Positions 30,557-38,697 of a DNA stretch of 64,000 nt are shown here, in pieces (the first letter of the stretch is position 1; each line of letters begins with the position of its first letter). Made by a program: the position numbers and the translations under genes. This DNA comes from a virus. The stretch covers positions 30,357 through 94,356 of the IMG/VR virus record IMGVR_UViG_3300005529_000026; one strand, written 5' to 3'. The notes beneath the pieces were generated by a model. That model ran no database searches, was not told the origin of the DNA, and saw only the letters and a list, made by a program, of their open reading frames with translations.

Positions 30557-31222
30557 CTACTCCTTACCCTGATTCTCCGGGTAGTTGTTCGGGTCTTGCA
30601 GGTAAGCCACGCAGATTAGCTCGATGCACTTCGCATCGTTGATATCCATTAACTCTCCGGTCTCAGCATCGCGGGTGTTGCCGTACATGCGCCGGACTAG
30701 CTCAAACGCCGGGTCAACGGTTTCATCCTTTACTGAGCGCGGAATGCGCAAGTTCAGATACGTGAACGGCTCCATGCCGTCCTGCGCTCTAACTTCCTGC
30801 ACCTTGTTTTTAATGGTTTCTAGAGAATCACCTTGAATGGCCCCGGCGACTAACTGCTTCATCTGTTCGCCATGCTGTTCAGGGTTGAGCGTGAAGATTT
30901 CCTTCAGTTTGGAAATCTTTGTACCTTTCAAGTCGCCGCGTGACAGACCGAGCGTCCTAGCCTTCTTAGCAATGTTCGCTAGGTAGTAAGCCTGTCGAGC
31001 GCTCATGTCCAAGCCGCTCTGTTCTTCAACCCACGCGCCAAAGTCATAGCCCCAATTGCGGGCGTAGTCTTTCTCCTGCACTTCAAGAAGCAGGTCGCAC
31101 AAGTCGAAGAAGTTGTCTTCTAGCTGGCCCTTGATTTGGGTGATGCGTTCTTTTACGAACTGCGCTCGCGCCGCGACTTCAGGCGTGAACGATGTGACTT
31201 TCACTTCGATTTCAGTTGTCAT
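30557..31222 (-). CDS. Hypothetical protein
   Basis: 221-aa ORF in operon orientation. Confidence 0.6.
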   Translation of the reverse strand: MTTEIEVKVTSFTPEVAARAQFVKERITQIKGQLEDNFFDLCDLLLEVQEKDYARNWGYDFGAWVEEQSGLDMSARQAYYLANIAKKARTLGLSRGDLKGTKISKLKEIFTLNPEQHGEQMKQLVAGAIQGDSLETIKNKVQEVRAQDGMEPFTYLNLRIPRSVKDETVDPAFELVRRMYGNTRDAETGELMDINDAKCIELICVAYLQDPNNYPENQGKE

Positions 31223-31234
31223 CTAGGATTTTCT

Positions 31235-31301
31235 TGGGGTGACGGATGGGACTCGAACCCACTACTGGCTGAAGCCAAGTGTCTTCCATACTTCCGTCAC
31301 C
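31235..31301 (-). ncRNA. 67-nt tRNA-like RNA with tRNA-His-type acceptor (G-1:C73) and no 7-nt anticodon loop
   Basis: GGUGACGG/CCGUCACC+CCA; T arm GUGGG-UUCGAGU-CCCAU; central hairpin UUGGC-UUCA-GCCAG. Confidence 0.65.
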
Positions 31302-31306
31302 GTACT

Positions 31307-31396
31307 TGGTGGGGGCGGGAGGAATCGAACCTCCATTCCCCGTAGGGGAGGCGGTTTTACAGACCGCTGGACTTAGCCAGTTCGTCCATCACCCCC
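31307..31396 (-). tRNA. tRNA-Tyr(GUA)
   Basis: Cloverleaf; GCGGU-CUGUAAA-ACCGC; long variable arm; encoded CCA. Confidence 0.92.
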
Positions 31397-31405
31397 GGAA
31401 GGCAA

Positions 31406-31699
31406 TTACTCCGCGACCGGAGCTTCTTCTTGGTTGGCAGTTGCCTCTTTGAAGGCGTCGTAAAGCGTCTTCAAGAAGTTGTCGGCAGCCGCGAGCATGG
31501 GCTTGAATTGCTCAGCCGACATCGTGCTCACCGCGATGGCGACAAAGTTGATAGCGATGAGTTCGCGCATCTCACCAGACGAATACTGGTCAAGCACTTT
31601 CGTCAGTGCTTCGCTGTTCTGATTGCGCACATCTTCCGGCTGAATACCCAAGCCGGTAATTTCTTTTTCCAAGCCTTTTAAAGCGGTTTCAAATGACAC
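31406..31699 (-). CDS. Hypothetical protein
   Basis: GTG start after AGAGG. Confidence 0.5.
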   Translation of the reverse strand: MSFETALKGLEKEITGLGIQPEDVRNQNSEALTKVLDQYSSGEMRELIAINFVAIAVSTMSAEQFKPMLAAADNFLKTLYDAFKEATANQEEAPVAE

Positions 31700-31701
31700 A
31701 A

Positions 31702-31901
31702 TTATTTTCCTCTCTGAGAATTGTCCGTGACTTTCTTGCGAATGACCTTTACCGCTCGCTTGCACACTGTGCAGCGCCAGCCTCCTAGACCGCCAAATTC
31801 GGTGACCTGTGCTGTCTTCCAATCTTTACGCGCTTCTAGCGGTTTCTTTTTGCAGGCCCGCCGCAATCGGCGCAGTGATACGTAAACTTCGGTGACGCCA
31901 T
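31702..31901 (-). pseudogene. Small zinc-ribbon protein split by a 1-nt frameshift (or sequencing error)
   Basis: MASPKFTYHCADCGGPA and KKPLE...GWRCTVCK join in frame if the A5 run at 31847-31851 is A6. Confidence 0.55.
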
Positions 31902-31909
31902 TTCTTGCT

Positions 31910-32299
31910 TCACTCCAAGTAGCACGCGGACATGCCGTGCTCGTTTAGAAGAACTCCTCGTGCGCCCTTGACCGGCTCGCCGTCTAGAGTCCTAAATGTG
32001 CTCCCCTCGTAAGGGTTGTATTTGAGCTTCACTGGGAAGCCCTTCTTGTCGTTGTGGTCGGTGCCGAACGCACCTTTGCTTCCGGCTAGAAAACCTACGG
32101 CGAAAGCGTGTACGTTCTTACGCCGCTCGCGTAGAACTCGTTGCCGACCGGCCTCTCTAACGATGAACTGCACACCTGTCAGCAAGACGCGATGACGCCG
32201 GGCCATGACCCGTCCGTTGCGCATGATTGAGTACAGCGGGCGGGCTTTCTTGCCATGCTTGAGATTGCGGTAGACCCACACTCGCTTCGGTCTTGACAT
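31910..32299 (-). CDS. Conserved phage hypothetical protein
   Basis: VYRNL...F.VREAGRQRVLRE.RKNVHAF..G...YNPY. Confidence 0.7.
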   Translation of the reverse strand: MSRPKRVWVYRNLKHGKKARPLYSIMRNGRVMARRHRVLLTGVQFIVREAGRQRVLRERRKNVHAFAVGFLAGSKGAFGTDHNDKKGFPVKLKYNPYEGSTFRTLDGEPVKGARGVLLNEHGMSACYLE

Positions 32300-32413
32300 C
32301 GCCGCTCTACCAAAACTTGCGAATGAAATGCACAGCCGTGTAAATCACCCCGGCCCAGAATGTCAGCCAGAGAAGAACCGGCGTCAGCATCACGCCTAGT
32401 GCGAACAAGCCGC

Positions 32414-32926
32414 CTATAATGCTTCCTCGATTGTTGTTGCGCATAACTCCTCCATTGATTTGATGTACTGATACTTGCGCTTGTTAAACTGCTTTTGTGT
32501 TCGTCGTTCGTGACAGTTTGCGCAGCGTACTTCACATTTTGCTATCTCTGCTGTTATTGCCTCTAAGCCGCAAGCAGTCATGCCTGTAACATCGCGCTTC
32601 TTCTCGCCAGTAACGTGGTCGAACTCAAGCACCAACGGGTCAGCTTCGTCACAATCCACACATGGGTGTGTGGTCAGGTATTCCATCATGTAGGCGAATG
32701 CGCGGGAGCGGCGTTCTACGCTTTTAGCGCTGCGGTATTTCTTGCGGTCAATTTCCGGGTCTGCCTTTTTCCTAGAGGCGTGAATACCTTTGAAGCACTG
32801 CCTGCACTTTGACTGACGCCGCCCTTTCTCCCTGTTCTGGAAGGCAAAGTCATCATCAGGCTTGTTATGATTACAGCCGTTGCAGATTTTCAAAGAAATA
32901 GTTTGGCGGGCATTGCACCCCGCCAA
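32414..32926 (-). CDS. HNH endonuclease (homing-type) downstream of tmRNA
   Basis: CxxC...CxxC, PCVDC, LEFDH, KCEVRCANCH..RT; start uncertain. Confidence 0.85.
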   Translation of the reverse strand: MAGCNARQTISLKICNGCNHNKPDDDFAFQNREKGRRQSKCRQCFKGIHASRKKADPEIDRKKYRSAKSVERRSRAFAYMMEYLTTHPCVDCDEADPLVLEFDHVTGEKKRDVTGMTACGLEAITAEIAKCEVRCANCHERRTQKQFNKRKYQYIKSMEELCATTIEEAL

Positions 32927-33250
32927 GGGCGTTGAGGAACTGAGTCGCCGTCACTCAGTGCGTTAGCTGCTGATTAAGCAGCCGCCGCAGCCATAGCCAA
33001 AGGCTTGGCAGTTGTTTTTGTCCGCTGATTACGTCAGTCGGCTCACGGATTCGTCCATAGCACCTTCAACCAACCCGTCGAAACTTGGCACGCCCATCAA
33101 AGCCGCTCAGCCCATCTATCGCATGATGGCAGTCCCTAGAAGCACAGGTGCGCTTAACTGTCCGGGTCTGTTGTTCTGAGCGGCTATGGTGGACGTGGCG
33201 GGCATCGCAGCCCGCGTCCGAATCGGTAAAGCACTACTTCATACGAATCA
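32900..33250 (-). ncRNA. ssrA: Circularly permuted (two-piece) tmRNA; tag (A)AKPLAMAAAAA
   Basis: The 3' acceptor piece (GGAC-GCGGG..CCCGC-CACGUCC-ACCA, ending 33187) precedes the 5' piece (GGGCGUG..UUCGAC from 33095). G3:U70 is present, helix 2 pairs between the pieces, and the tag ORF is 33009-32974. Confidence 0.9.
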
Positions 33251-33262
33251 ATCTTGGTTGGT

Positions 33263-33454
33263 CTAGGTGTTGGCGTACATGATACCGCCGACGACCAACG
33301 TGATGACCGTGAACACGACAAGCCCAAAAACTCCGTCTGCATGCGGTCTCCAAGTACGTTTGAACGTCGCTAGGAGAGTAGCAATGAGAATGTTCACGAC
33401 ACCTACGACACCGAAAAACAGAAATGAATCCGCTAACATTCGCGGAATTGACAT
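33263..33454 (-). CDS. Small two-TM membrane protein
   Basis: GGAGG RBS; two hydrophobic helices. Confidence 0.6.
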   Translation of the reverse strand: MSIPRMLADSFLFFGVVGVVNILIATLLATFKRTWRPHADGVFGLVVFTVITLVVGGIMYANT

Positions 33455-33591
33455 AAGACTTCCTCCGACTAAAAAGGCGCGGCTTGGCTCAACCGAGACT
33501 TGCTATCGCTCTTTCGAGAACCAAGCCGTACTGCGCCTAGATTGGCTCTCGGCCCTGCACCTTCCGCGCTGTGATTTGCAGTGAACCCTCT

Positions 33592-33666
33592 AAGCGGTCA
33601 CTCAGGGAATCGAACCCTGTTCCACGTTTTCCGTGAAGTGTGTCTTACCAATAGACGAAGTAGTAG
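33592..33666 (-). ncRNA. Degenerate tRNA-like element
   Basis: Intact D arm (GUCU..AGAC) and T arm (CAGGG-UUCGAUU-CCCUG); anticodon arm and acceptor stem non-canonical. Confidence 0.5.
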
Positions 33667-33677
33667 AAGGTTGTTGT

Positions 33678-33756
33678 TGGTAGGCGAGGAAGGAGTTGAA
33701 CCTTCGACCTAGCGATTATCAATCGCTTGCTCTAAACCGGGCTGAGCTACTCGCCT
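33678..33756 (-). tRNA. tRNA-Ile(GAU)
   Basis: AGCGA-UUGAUAA-UCGCU; cloverleaf; CCA. Confidence 0.92.
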
Positions 33757-33850
33757 AAAAACTTGCGGGATTAACCAGCTTCAGGCCAATGCGCTAACGA
33801 CGCCTTGCACCAGTTGTTCCCGCGTCGGCCTGTGGGTGTTCCAAAACCAG

Positions 33851-34015
33851 TTAGCGCTCCGGCTCGGCGTATTCAGGCATATTCAGCCGCACCCTAACGT
33901 GGTCAAAACATTCAACAATCTCGACTCTTTCGTTTGGGTGCATTACCGTCTTGGGAACGATAAGCACCCCGTTATCGCCATACTGCTCAACGATTTGCGC
34001 CAAAATCTCGTTCAT
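33851..34015 (-). CDS. Small hypothetical protein (54 aa, not in ORF track)
   Basis: MNEILAQIVEQYGDNG...PER*, preceded by GAGG. Confidence 0.45.
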   Translation of the reverse strand: MNEILAQIVEQYGDNGVLIVPKTVMHPNERVEIVECFDHVRVRLNMPEYAEPER

Positions 34016-34104
34016 AGCCTGCCTCGCTGGTTTCGCTTTTCGTTCGCTAAGGCTATTCTGGCGCTCAGGTAGGTGTCAAGCACAAGATGTTGGGGGTATT
34101 TCTT

Positions 34105-34359
34105 CTAGCTATTTTCCCGACCGTCGGGGTATAGCTTGCGTTCGTCGCACTGCTCCAACAAGTTGGCGAGACTTATCATAGCTACTCGCGCTATGAAGTC
34201 GTTCGGATTAGCAAGCAGATTGCGAAGAAAGTAAGCGAACATAAAAGCGTCATCTCCGCGCACAAACGTGCCTGTCCAGTCAGTACCGAACCTCACTGGC
34301 CCGGTCTCGACACGCGGCGACTGCTCAGCCAACATGCGAACTTCAATTGGGTCGCTCAT
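34105..34359 (-). CDS. Hypothetical protein
   Basis: AGGAG RBS, ATG 34359; RVETGP..FG.DW.G.F.RGD.A. Confidence 0.6.
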   Translation of the reverse strand: MSDPIEVRMLAEQSPRVETGPVRFGTDWTGTFVRGDDAFMFAYFLRNLLANPNDFIARVAMISLANLLEQCDERKLYPDGRENS

Positions 34360-34379
34360 TGTCCGCTTCTCTCCTAGTT

Positions 34380-34464
34380 TGGTGCCGGATGAGGGACTCG
34401 AACCCCCACGCCTTGCGGCGGCAGATTCTAAGTCTGCTGTGTCTACCAATTTCACCAATCCGGC
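34380..34464 (-). tRNA. tRNA-Leu(UAG)
   Basis: GCAGA-CUUAGAA-UCUGC; long variable arm; CCA. Confidence 0.93.
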
Positions 34465-34739
34465 TAAATGTCTGCGCGTTTTGGGTTGACCGATTTCGCG
34501 CCCCACGGAATATGCTCGCCCCTTACGGACGGCTACCCCTTTCATGTTTTGCCCTAGGGTTGAATCACAACCCCCGCCTACTTACAGCTTATGCTCCGGG
34601 GCGTTTCATCCCGACCTTATAGCGCTGAAAGATTCACTGCTTTCGACTTTGCAGCTTACTTGGTTTCTCGTCTGCACATTCCTAGACGACTTTTTGCGGC
34701 TAGTCGCCCAACCGTTGCGTTGATTTTTTAGGGCAAACT

Positions 34740-34817
34740 TGGTTGCGGGCACCGGAGTCGAACCGGCTATCTTTGCGTTATGAGCGCAACATGGTTATCC
34801 GTGTCCACTCGCCCGCA
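34740..34817 (-). tRNA. tRNA with CAU anticodon (Met or Ile2)
   Basis: UUGCG-CUCAUAA-CGCAA; T arm; CCA; lacks the initiator GGG/CCC anticodon stem. Confidence 0.85.
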
Positions 34818-34921
34818 GCACTTAAAAGAATATATTTTTACGAAAGCACGTATGTAGGATAGGCGTGTTACTGACGCCTCGTTTTAAGTCTGCGCCGCAC
34901 AGTGTGCGGAGCCTTCTGGAT

Positions 34922-35048
34922 TGCTGCCCTTGGTGGGAGTCGAACCCACATTTCAGGCTGAGCAGGGTACAGGTGCTAATCCGCTTCAGGCGGGGATAGT
35001 CTGTAAAGCCCGCGACAGCCAGCGTCCTGCCAATTAGACGACAACGGC
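34922..35048 (-). ncRNA. tRNA-like RNA with a 59-nt structured segment replacing the anticodon loop
   Basis: Acceptor GCCGUUG/CAAGGGC; D arm GUCU..GGAC; T arm GUGGG-UUCGACU-CCCAC; 3' AGCA. Confidence 0.6.
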
Positions 35049-35487
35049 GTAGCGGACAACTAGCGAACCAACCCAGTTCTCCTACATCAGATTTGCCTAC
35101 CGTTCGTGTAGACCGTCGTGCGTCAACCGCGTCCTGACTCTCGTGGACTTCAGCGGCAATCTTCTCCGCTTCGTCAATCGCGGCGTGCAGAACCTGATTG
35201 GCAGTGCGTAGGGCCATCGCGGTGCCCTTCGCCCGCAGAACTTCTTCCTCGTGCAGCGCATGACGTGCGGCGGCAGAACCCTTAGCTTCGAGATTGGACA
35301 GCGTGCGCGGGAAATACTTCTTCATCACAAAAAACGCGATGACCGCGATAACTCCAAGTGCTAAAATCGTTGACATCCTCAATGTCTCCTAGAAAAGTTT
35401 AGGAGCCGGTAAGCCTCAGCCCGGCTCCCTTGATTTTTCGGGGGCGTTGCGGCCCCTCCACCAGAGGCTTGTGTGTGTGTCTACTTC

Positions 35488-36354
35488 TTAGACCTGCACA
35501 ACCGGGTCGGTTTCGCTTTGCGAGTTGCCGCTGCCGAATTGCGCTTCCATCTCCTGCTCCATCTGCTGCTCGTAGCGCCGCGCTTCGACACTGAGCACGT
35601 ACTGCTGATAAAGCGGGCCGAACTCTCCGGGGTTGGCGACACGCTTCACGCTGGGGAACGTGAGAACGTGGTAGCTGAAGCCGCCATTGCCTTGCGGCAC
35701 AAAGACCGGCTTGATGGTGAAGCTGTAATCCCAGAGATTGAGAACCTTGTGCTTGCTCTCCTCTGGCTTCTTGCCCTGCTGAATGTCCTGCATCAGCAGA
35801 GTCTTCTCCATCTGCATGTCCTCAGCCATCTGCGTCCACAGAGCTTTCAGGGGCGAGATGCTGGTGCCGCTAATGTTCATCATGCGAGGTAACATCGTCT
35901 CGCGCTGAATGAACATCAGGTTCCACTTGTCGGAACACTCCGGCTTCTGCTTGCCGTTCCACTTGGAGTAGAGACACTCCGCGCAGGTCTTTGCCTTCGG
36001 AAACTCAACGAAGGGGCTAGGAACGATGCCATCGTTCGAGCGACATTCGGGCTTCGCCTTCAAGCCCGCACCTTTGATGAACTTCGCCCGGCCTTTGCGC
36101 AAGCGCAGAGGAACGACACGGATTTCGCTGTAGATGCGCCCACTGCGCACATCGTACAGGTCACCGACCTTCAGTTCCCGGTCAACACCCTTCTCGACAT
36201 CAAAACCGCTGGCAACGCCGAGGCGGGTGCTGCTCTTGTGAATCAGTTCGATGAAGCTGGGCTTGATGAGGGTATCTTCAAACCCAACCCCGCCCTCGTT
36301 CACAGCGCGGGCAAGGGCTTGATTCGGGTCAATGCGAACCAAATCAGTGCTCAT
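35488..36354 (-). CDS. Putative ssDNA-binding/annealing protein with Cys cluster
   Basis: PEC.S.DG..P...CAEC..S.W....PEC pattern and acidic tail; function inferred. Confidence 0.55.
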   Translation of the reverse strand: MSTDLVRIDPNQALARAVNEGGVGFEDTLIKPSFIELIHKSSTRLGVASGFDVEKGVDRELKVGDLYDVRSGRIYSEIRVVPLRLRKGRAKFIKGAGLKAKPECRSNDGIVPSPFVEFPKAKTCAECLYSKWNGKQKPECSDKWNLMFIQRETMLPRMMNISGTSISPLKALWTQMAEDMQMEKTLLMQDIQQGKKPEESKHKVLNLWDYSFTIKPVFVPQGNGGFSYHVLTFPSVKRVANPGEFGPLYQQYVLSVEARRYEQQMEQEMEAQFGSGNSQSETDPVVQV

Positions 36355-36429
36355 GGTTAAACCTCCCTGCCCATGCTTTTGGGCAAAAACACTTCTCTCA
36401 TTCTCACCTTCATTTATGAGGGTACATAC

Positions 36430-36458
36430 ATCATACCACTCACCTTTTGGTGTGTCAA
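36430..36458 (-). promoter_or_regulatory. Sigma70-type promoter
   Basis: TTGACA-17-TATGAT. Confidence 0.7.
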
Positions 36459-36479
36459 GCGTTTTCTTTGTCTACGCTT

Positions 36480-37631
36480 TTACTGGTATTCGGTGACTTC
36501 TTTGCCGTCCTTGGCCTTGCGGAGCAGGTAGGCTTCGCTGACCGACTTCAGGATGACGCGGCCCAGCTTGGGGTCTTCCCTCTCGAACAGGGGTTTCACT
36601 ACAACCCCTTCCCGCAGGTTGACTCCACACCCAGATACCGTTTCTACGCCGTTTGTAGCCGTTTCTAGCGCCTCGCGGGTGAACTGGCCTAGGTAGACCT
36701 CTGGAACCAGTTCGAGGCCCGCAAATCGGCTCCAAAGCTGAAGTGGCCCGTAGCTGAGGAAGTGACCCTGCCCCGGCTTGCCAACGTAGATGTCAAACAC
36801 TCGGAAACCAAGGTCGGTCGCGTAGCCCAAGTCCTGAATACCGTTTCCGTAGACCTCACCGACCACGAAGATTGCCTCGATTGGAGCACTACCTTCTCCG
36901 TTGAACTCCTGCATTTTCGTGCAGAGCTTGCGGAGCTTGGATTCCAAATCGTGCTTTTTGGCAGCCCGGATGTAGGTATTCCCGGCGTTGGCCTCGTTGT
37001 TTTCGATGATGAACCCGCGTGCCCCTAGTCCCTTGCTAGAAACAGCAAACTGGTCAGTTGCAGGCCAGTACACCGCCTGCATGAGCGTGCCGTGAATCTT
37101 CTCGGTCATCACGACCGGCTCGCCTTCTTGGAAGACGCGCTTGTACGCCTTGATGTTCTCAATGTCGTACCGCAGCAGGTTGAAGTCGCCGCGAGGCCGC
37201 TGAATCTGTCCTGCAAAGTGTGCAGGGATGGGCGGCTCGTACTTCGTGACGCCCAAAACTGTTGCACAGTCTGCGCCTTCGCACAGACACAGAGTTGTGG
37301 CCCCGGCGCTTTCTCCTATCCGAGCAAGCACCTTGCTGTACGGGTAGAGCAAGCCCTGCGAAAGCGTCTTGCGCAGCTTGATGGCCTTGACGCGATTCTT
37401 GGCCGGGCCAGCCAGCTTGCCGGTCAGTCCCAGTTCTTCGAGGATGTCTACCGGCACGATAGAGCCTTCGGGGATGTAGATGGCCAAATCCCCGGAGTTG
37501 AAACTGCCTTTCTGGATGACGCACTTGTAATCCGCGACGTTCGCGGCTACGATAAAGTCTGCTCCTTCAATAGGTTGCACGTCATCCACGCGCACAACTG
37601 GGCATGCAAAATCAGCCATTCTAACCTCCAT
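36480..37631 (-). CDS. ATP-dependent RNA ligase, DRB0094/Rnl2-like family
   Basis: N-terminal OB fold (PIEGAD.I...LRKTLSQGL), EKIHGT, GEVYG.GIQ, FDI, REGVVVKP, LKSVS..YL. Confidence 0.92.
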   Translation of the reverse strand: MEVRMADFACPVVRVDDVQPIEGADFIVAANVADYKCVIQKGSFNSGDLAIYIPEGSIVPVDILEELGLTGKLAGPAKNRVKAIKLRKTLSQGLLYPYSKVLARIGESAGATTLCLCEGADCATVLGVTKYEPPIPAHFAGQIQRPRGDFNLLRYDIENIKAYKRVFQEGEPVVMTEKIHGTLMQAVYWPATDQFAVSSKGLGARGFIIENNEANAGNTYIRAAKKHDLESKLRKLCTKMQEFNGEGSAPIEAIFVVGEVYGNGIQDLGYATDLGFRVFDIYVGKPGQGHFLSYGPLQLWSRFAGLELVPEVYLGQFTREALETATNGVETVSGCGVNLREGVVVKPLFEREDPKLGRVILKSVSEAYLLRKAKDGKEVTEYQ

Positions 37632-37644
37632 GCAATTTTTCTTC

Positions 37645-37673
37645 TTGACAGTTAAGCGTTTTCATGGTAAACT
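37645..37673 (+). promoter_or_regulatory. Antisense-oriented sigma70-type promoter
   Basis: TTGACA-17-TAAACT on + within a minus-strand gene block. Confidence 0.55.
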
Positions 37674-37725
37674 AACACCGCTTGGCTGTCGGGCGAAGAC
37701 TTATAGTTTGTTTTGTGGTGGTTTT

Positions 37726-37881
37726 TTACAAACAGAGACGGTTCAGGAATGACAGAGTGGATAGCTGCTCTGCATCTTCGTAGATGATTTCTGTTTCTTC
37801 ATCTTCTTCAGGATACGGCAGTGATTCGTCTTCTTCGTCGTACAGCACATCGTCTTCAGGAAACGCTCCACTAACTGACAT
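37726..37881 (-). CDS. Highly acidic 51-aa protein (not in ORF track)
   Basis: MSVSGAFPEDDVLYDEEDESLPYPEEDEETEIIYEDAEQLSTLSFLNRLCL; ATG abuts the upstream stop; GGAGG RBS. Confidence 0.6.
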   Translation of the reverse strand: MSVSGAFPEDDVLYDEEDESLPYPEEDEETEIIYEDAEQLSTLSFLNRLCL

Positions 37882-38697
37882 CTAGCCCTCCGTAGGAATT
37901 GGTCGTTGGTTGATGGTGAACAGGTCGCCTATATTCTCGTCGTACTGCACAATCTCGATAGAAGTTGCAGGGTCGTAGTTGAAAGCATTGAGCGCCACAA
38001 CCCTAGGGCCGGACAATTGCACCACCCGGTGTTTGTGGTAGTGGCCGAAGAAATGGAACCGAGGCTCGCCGCTGCGGTGCAGGTAATTGAAGCCGGGGCA
38101 ACCGCTGGCTTCTTCGTCGGGGTCGAGTCCTAGAATCTTCTTTATTTTCTCTGGGCAGTCACCTTGCTTGGGTAATGGCTGCATGCCGAATGGAGCCTCA
38201 TGGGTAATGAGCACGTCGAACTTGCCCGCGTCCGCTAGTTTGTCAACAGCAGATTTACGCACATGCAGTGCGGCAGCATTAGCCCCCATCCGCTGCCCAC
38301 CATGATTCAGCAGACTCATACGGGCCATCAGAATGCGCCCCTTGTTTTCATAGCTCTTGGGGCTGTAGTTTCCCCAAACTGAGCCGACCTTGATTCCTAG
38401 AACATCTGTGATGCCCCCGTCAGGCAGAAGCGTCATGTTGATGACACGCTGCGGGTCTTGCATCCAAGCATCTAGAAGCCGGTAGCTTTCGTGGTTGCCG
38501 GGGTTAACGTACGTCGTAATAGGTGCTGGCAGATGGCGTGTCCAAAACAGATTGAATTGCCTGCTTCCCACTCCGAGGTCACCGACATGAAGCACGGCGT
38601 CGAATTTCATTCCTAGCCGGTCTTCTAGGTTGATGAGGTACTCGTACATGCTGAGAATCTCTCCGTGCGTGTCGCCAACCACAGCGATGTTTTTCAT
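37882..38697 (-). CDS. Calcineurin-like metallophosphoesterase
   Basis: GDTHG, VGDLG, GNHE, THEAP, FGHYH. Confidence 0.88.
   Translation of the reverse strand: MKNIAVVGDTHGEILSMYEYLINLEDRLGMKFDAVLHVGDLGVGSRQFNLFWTRHLPAPITTYVNPGNHESYRLLDAWMQDPQRVINMTLLPDGGITDVLGIKVGSVWGNYSPKSYENKGRILMARMSLLNHGGQRMGANAAALHVRKSAVDKLADAGKFDVLITHEAPFGMQPLPKQGDCPEKIKKILGLDPDEEASGCPGFNYLHRSGEPRFHFFGHYHKHRVVQLSGPRVVALNAFNYDPATSIEIVQYDENIGDLFTINQRPIPTEG

Noticed and set aside
31262-31280. Opal-suppressor or Sec tRNA reading of the UUCA loop
   Set aside because: A 7-nt loop centred on UCA cannot form with a paired stem, and no Sec-type long arms are present.
11990-31851. Programmed frameshifts at 11990-11993 and 31847-31851
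   Set aside because: Both are one-base-short homopolymers without a full slippery heptamer. Sequencing error or recent mutation is more likely; raw reads are needed.
32414-32926. Group I intron housing the HNH gene
   Set aside because: No recognisable P7/R-S core and no interrupted exon pair were found around it.
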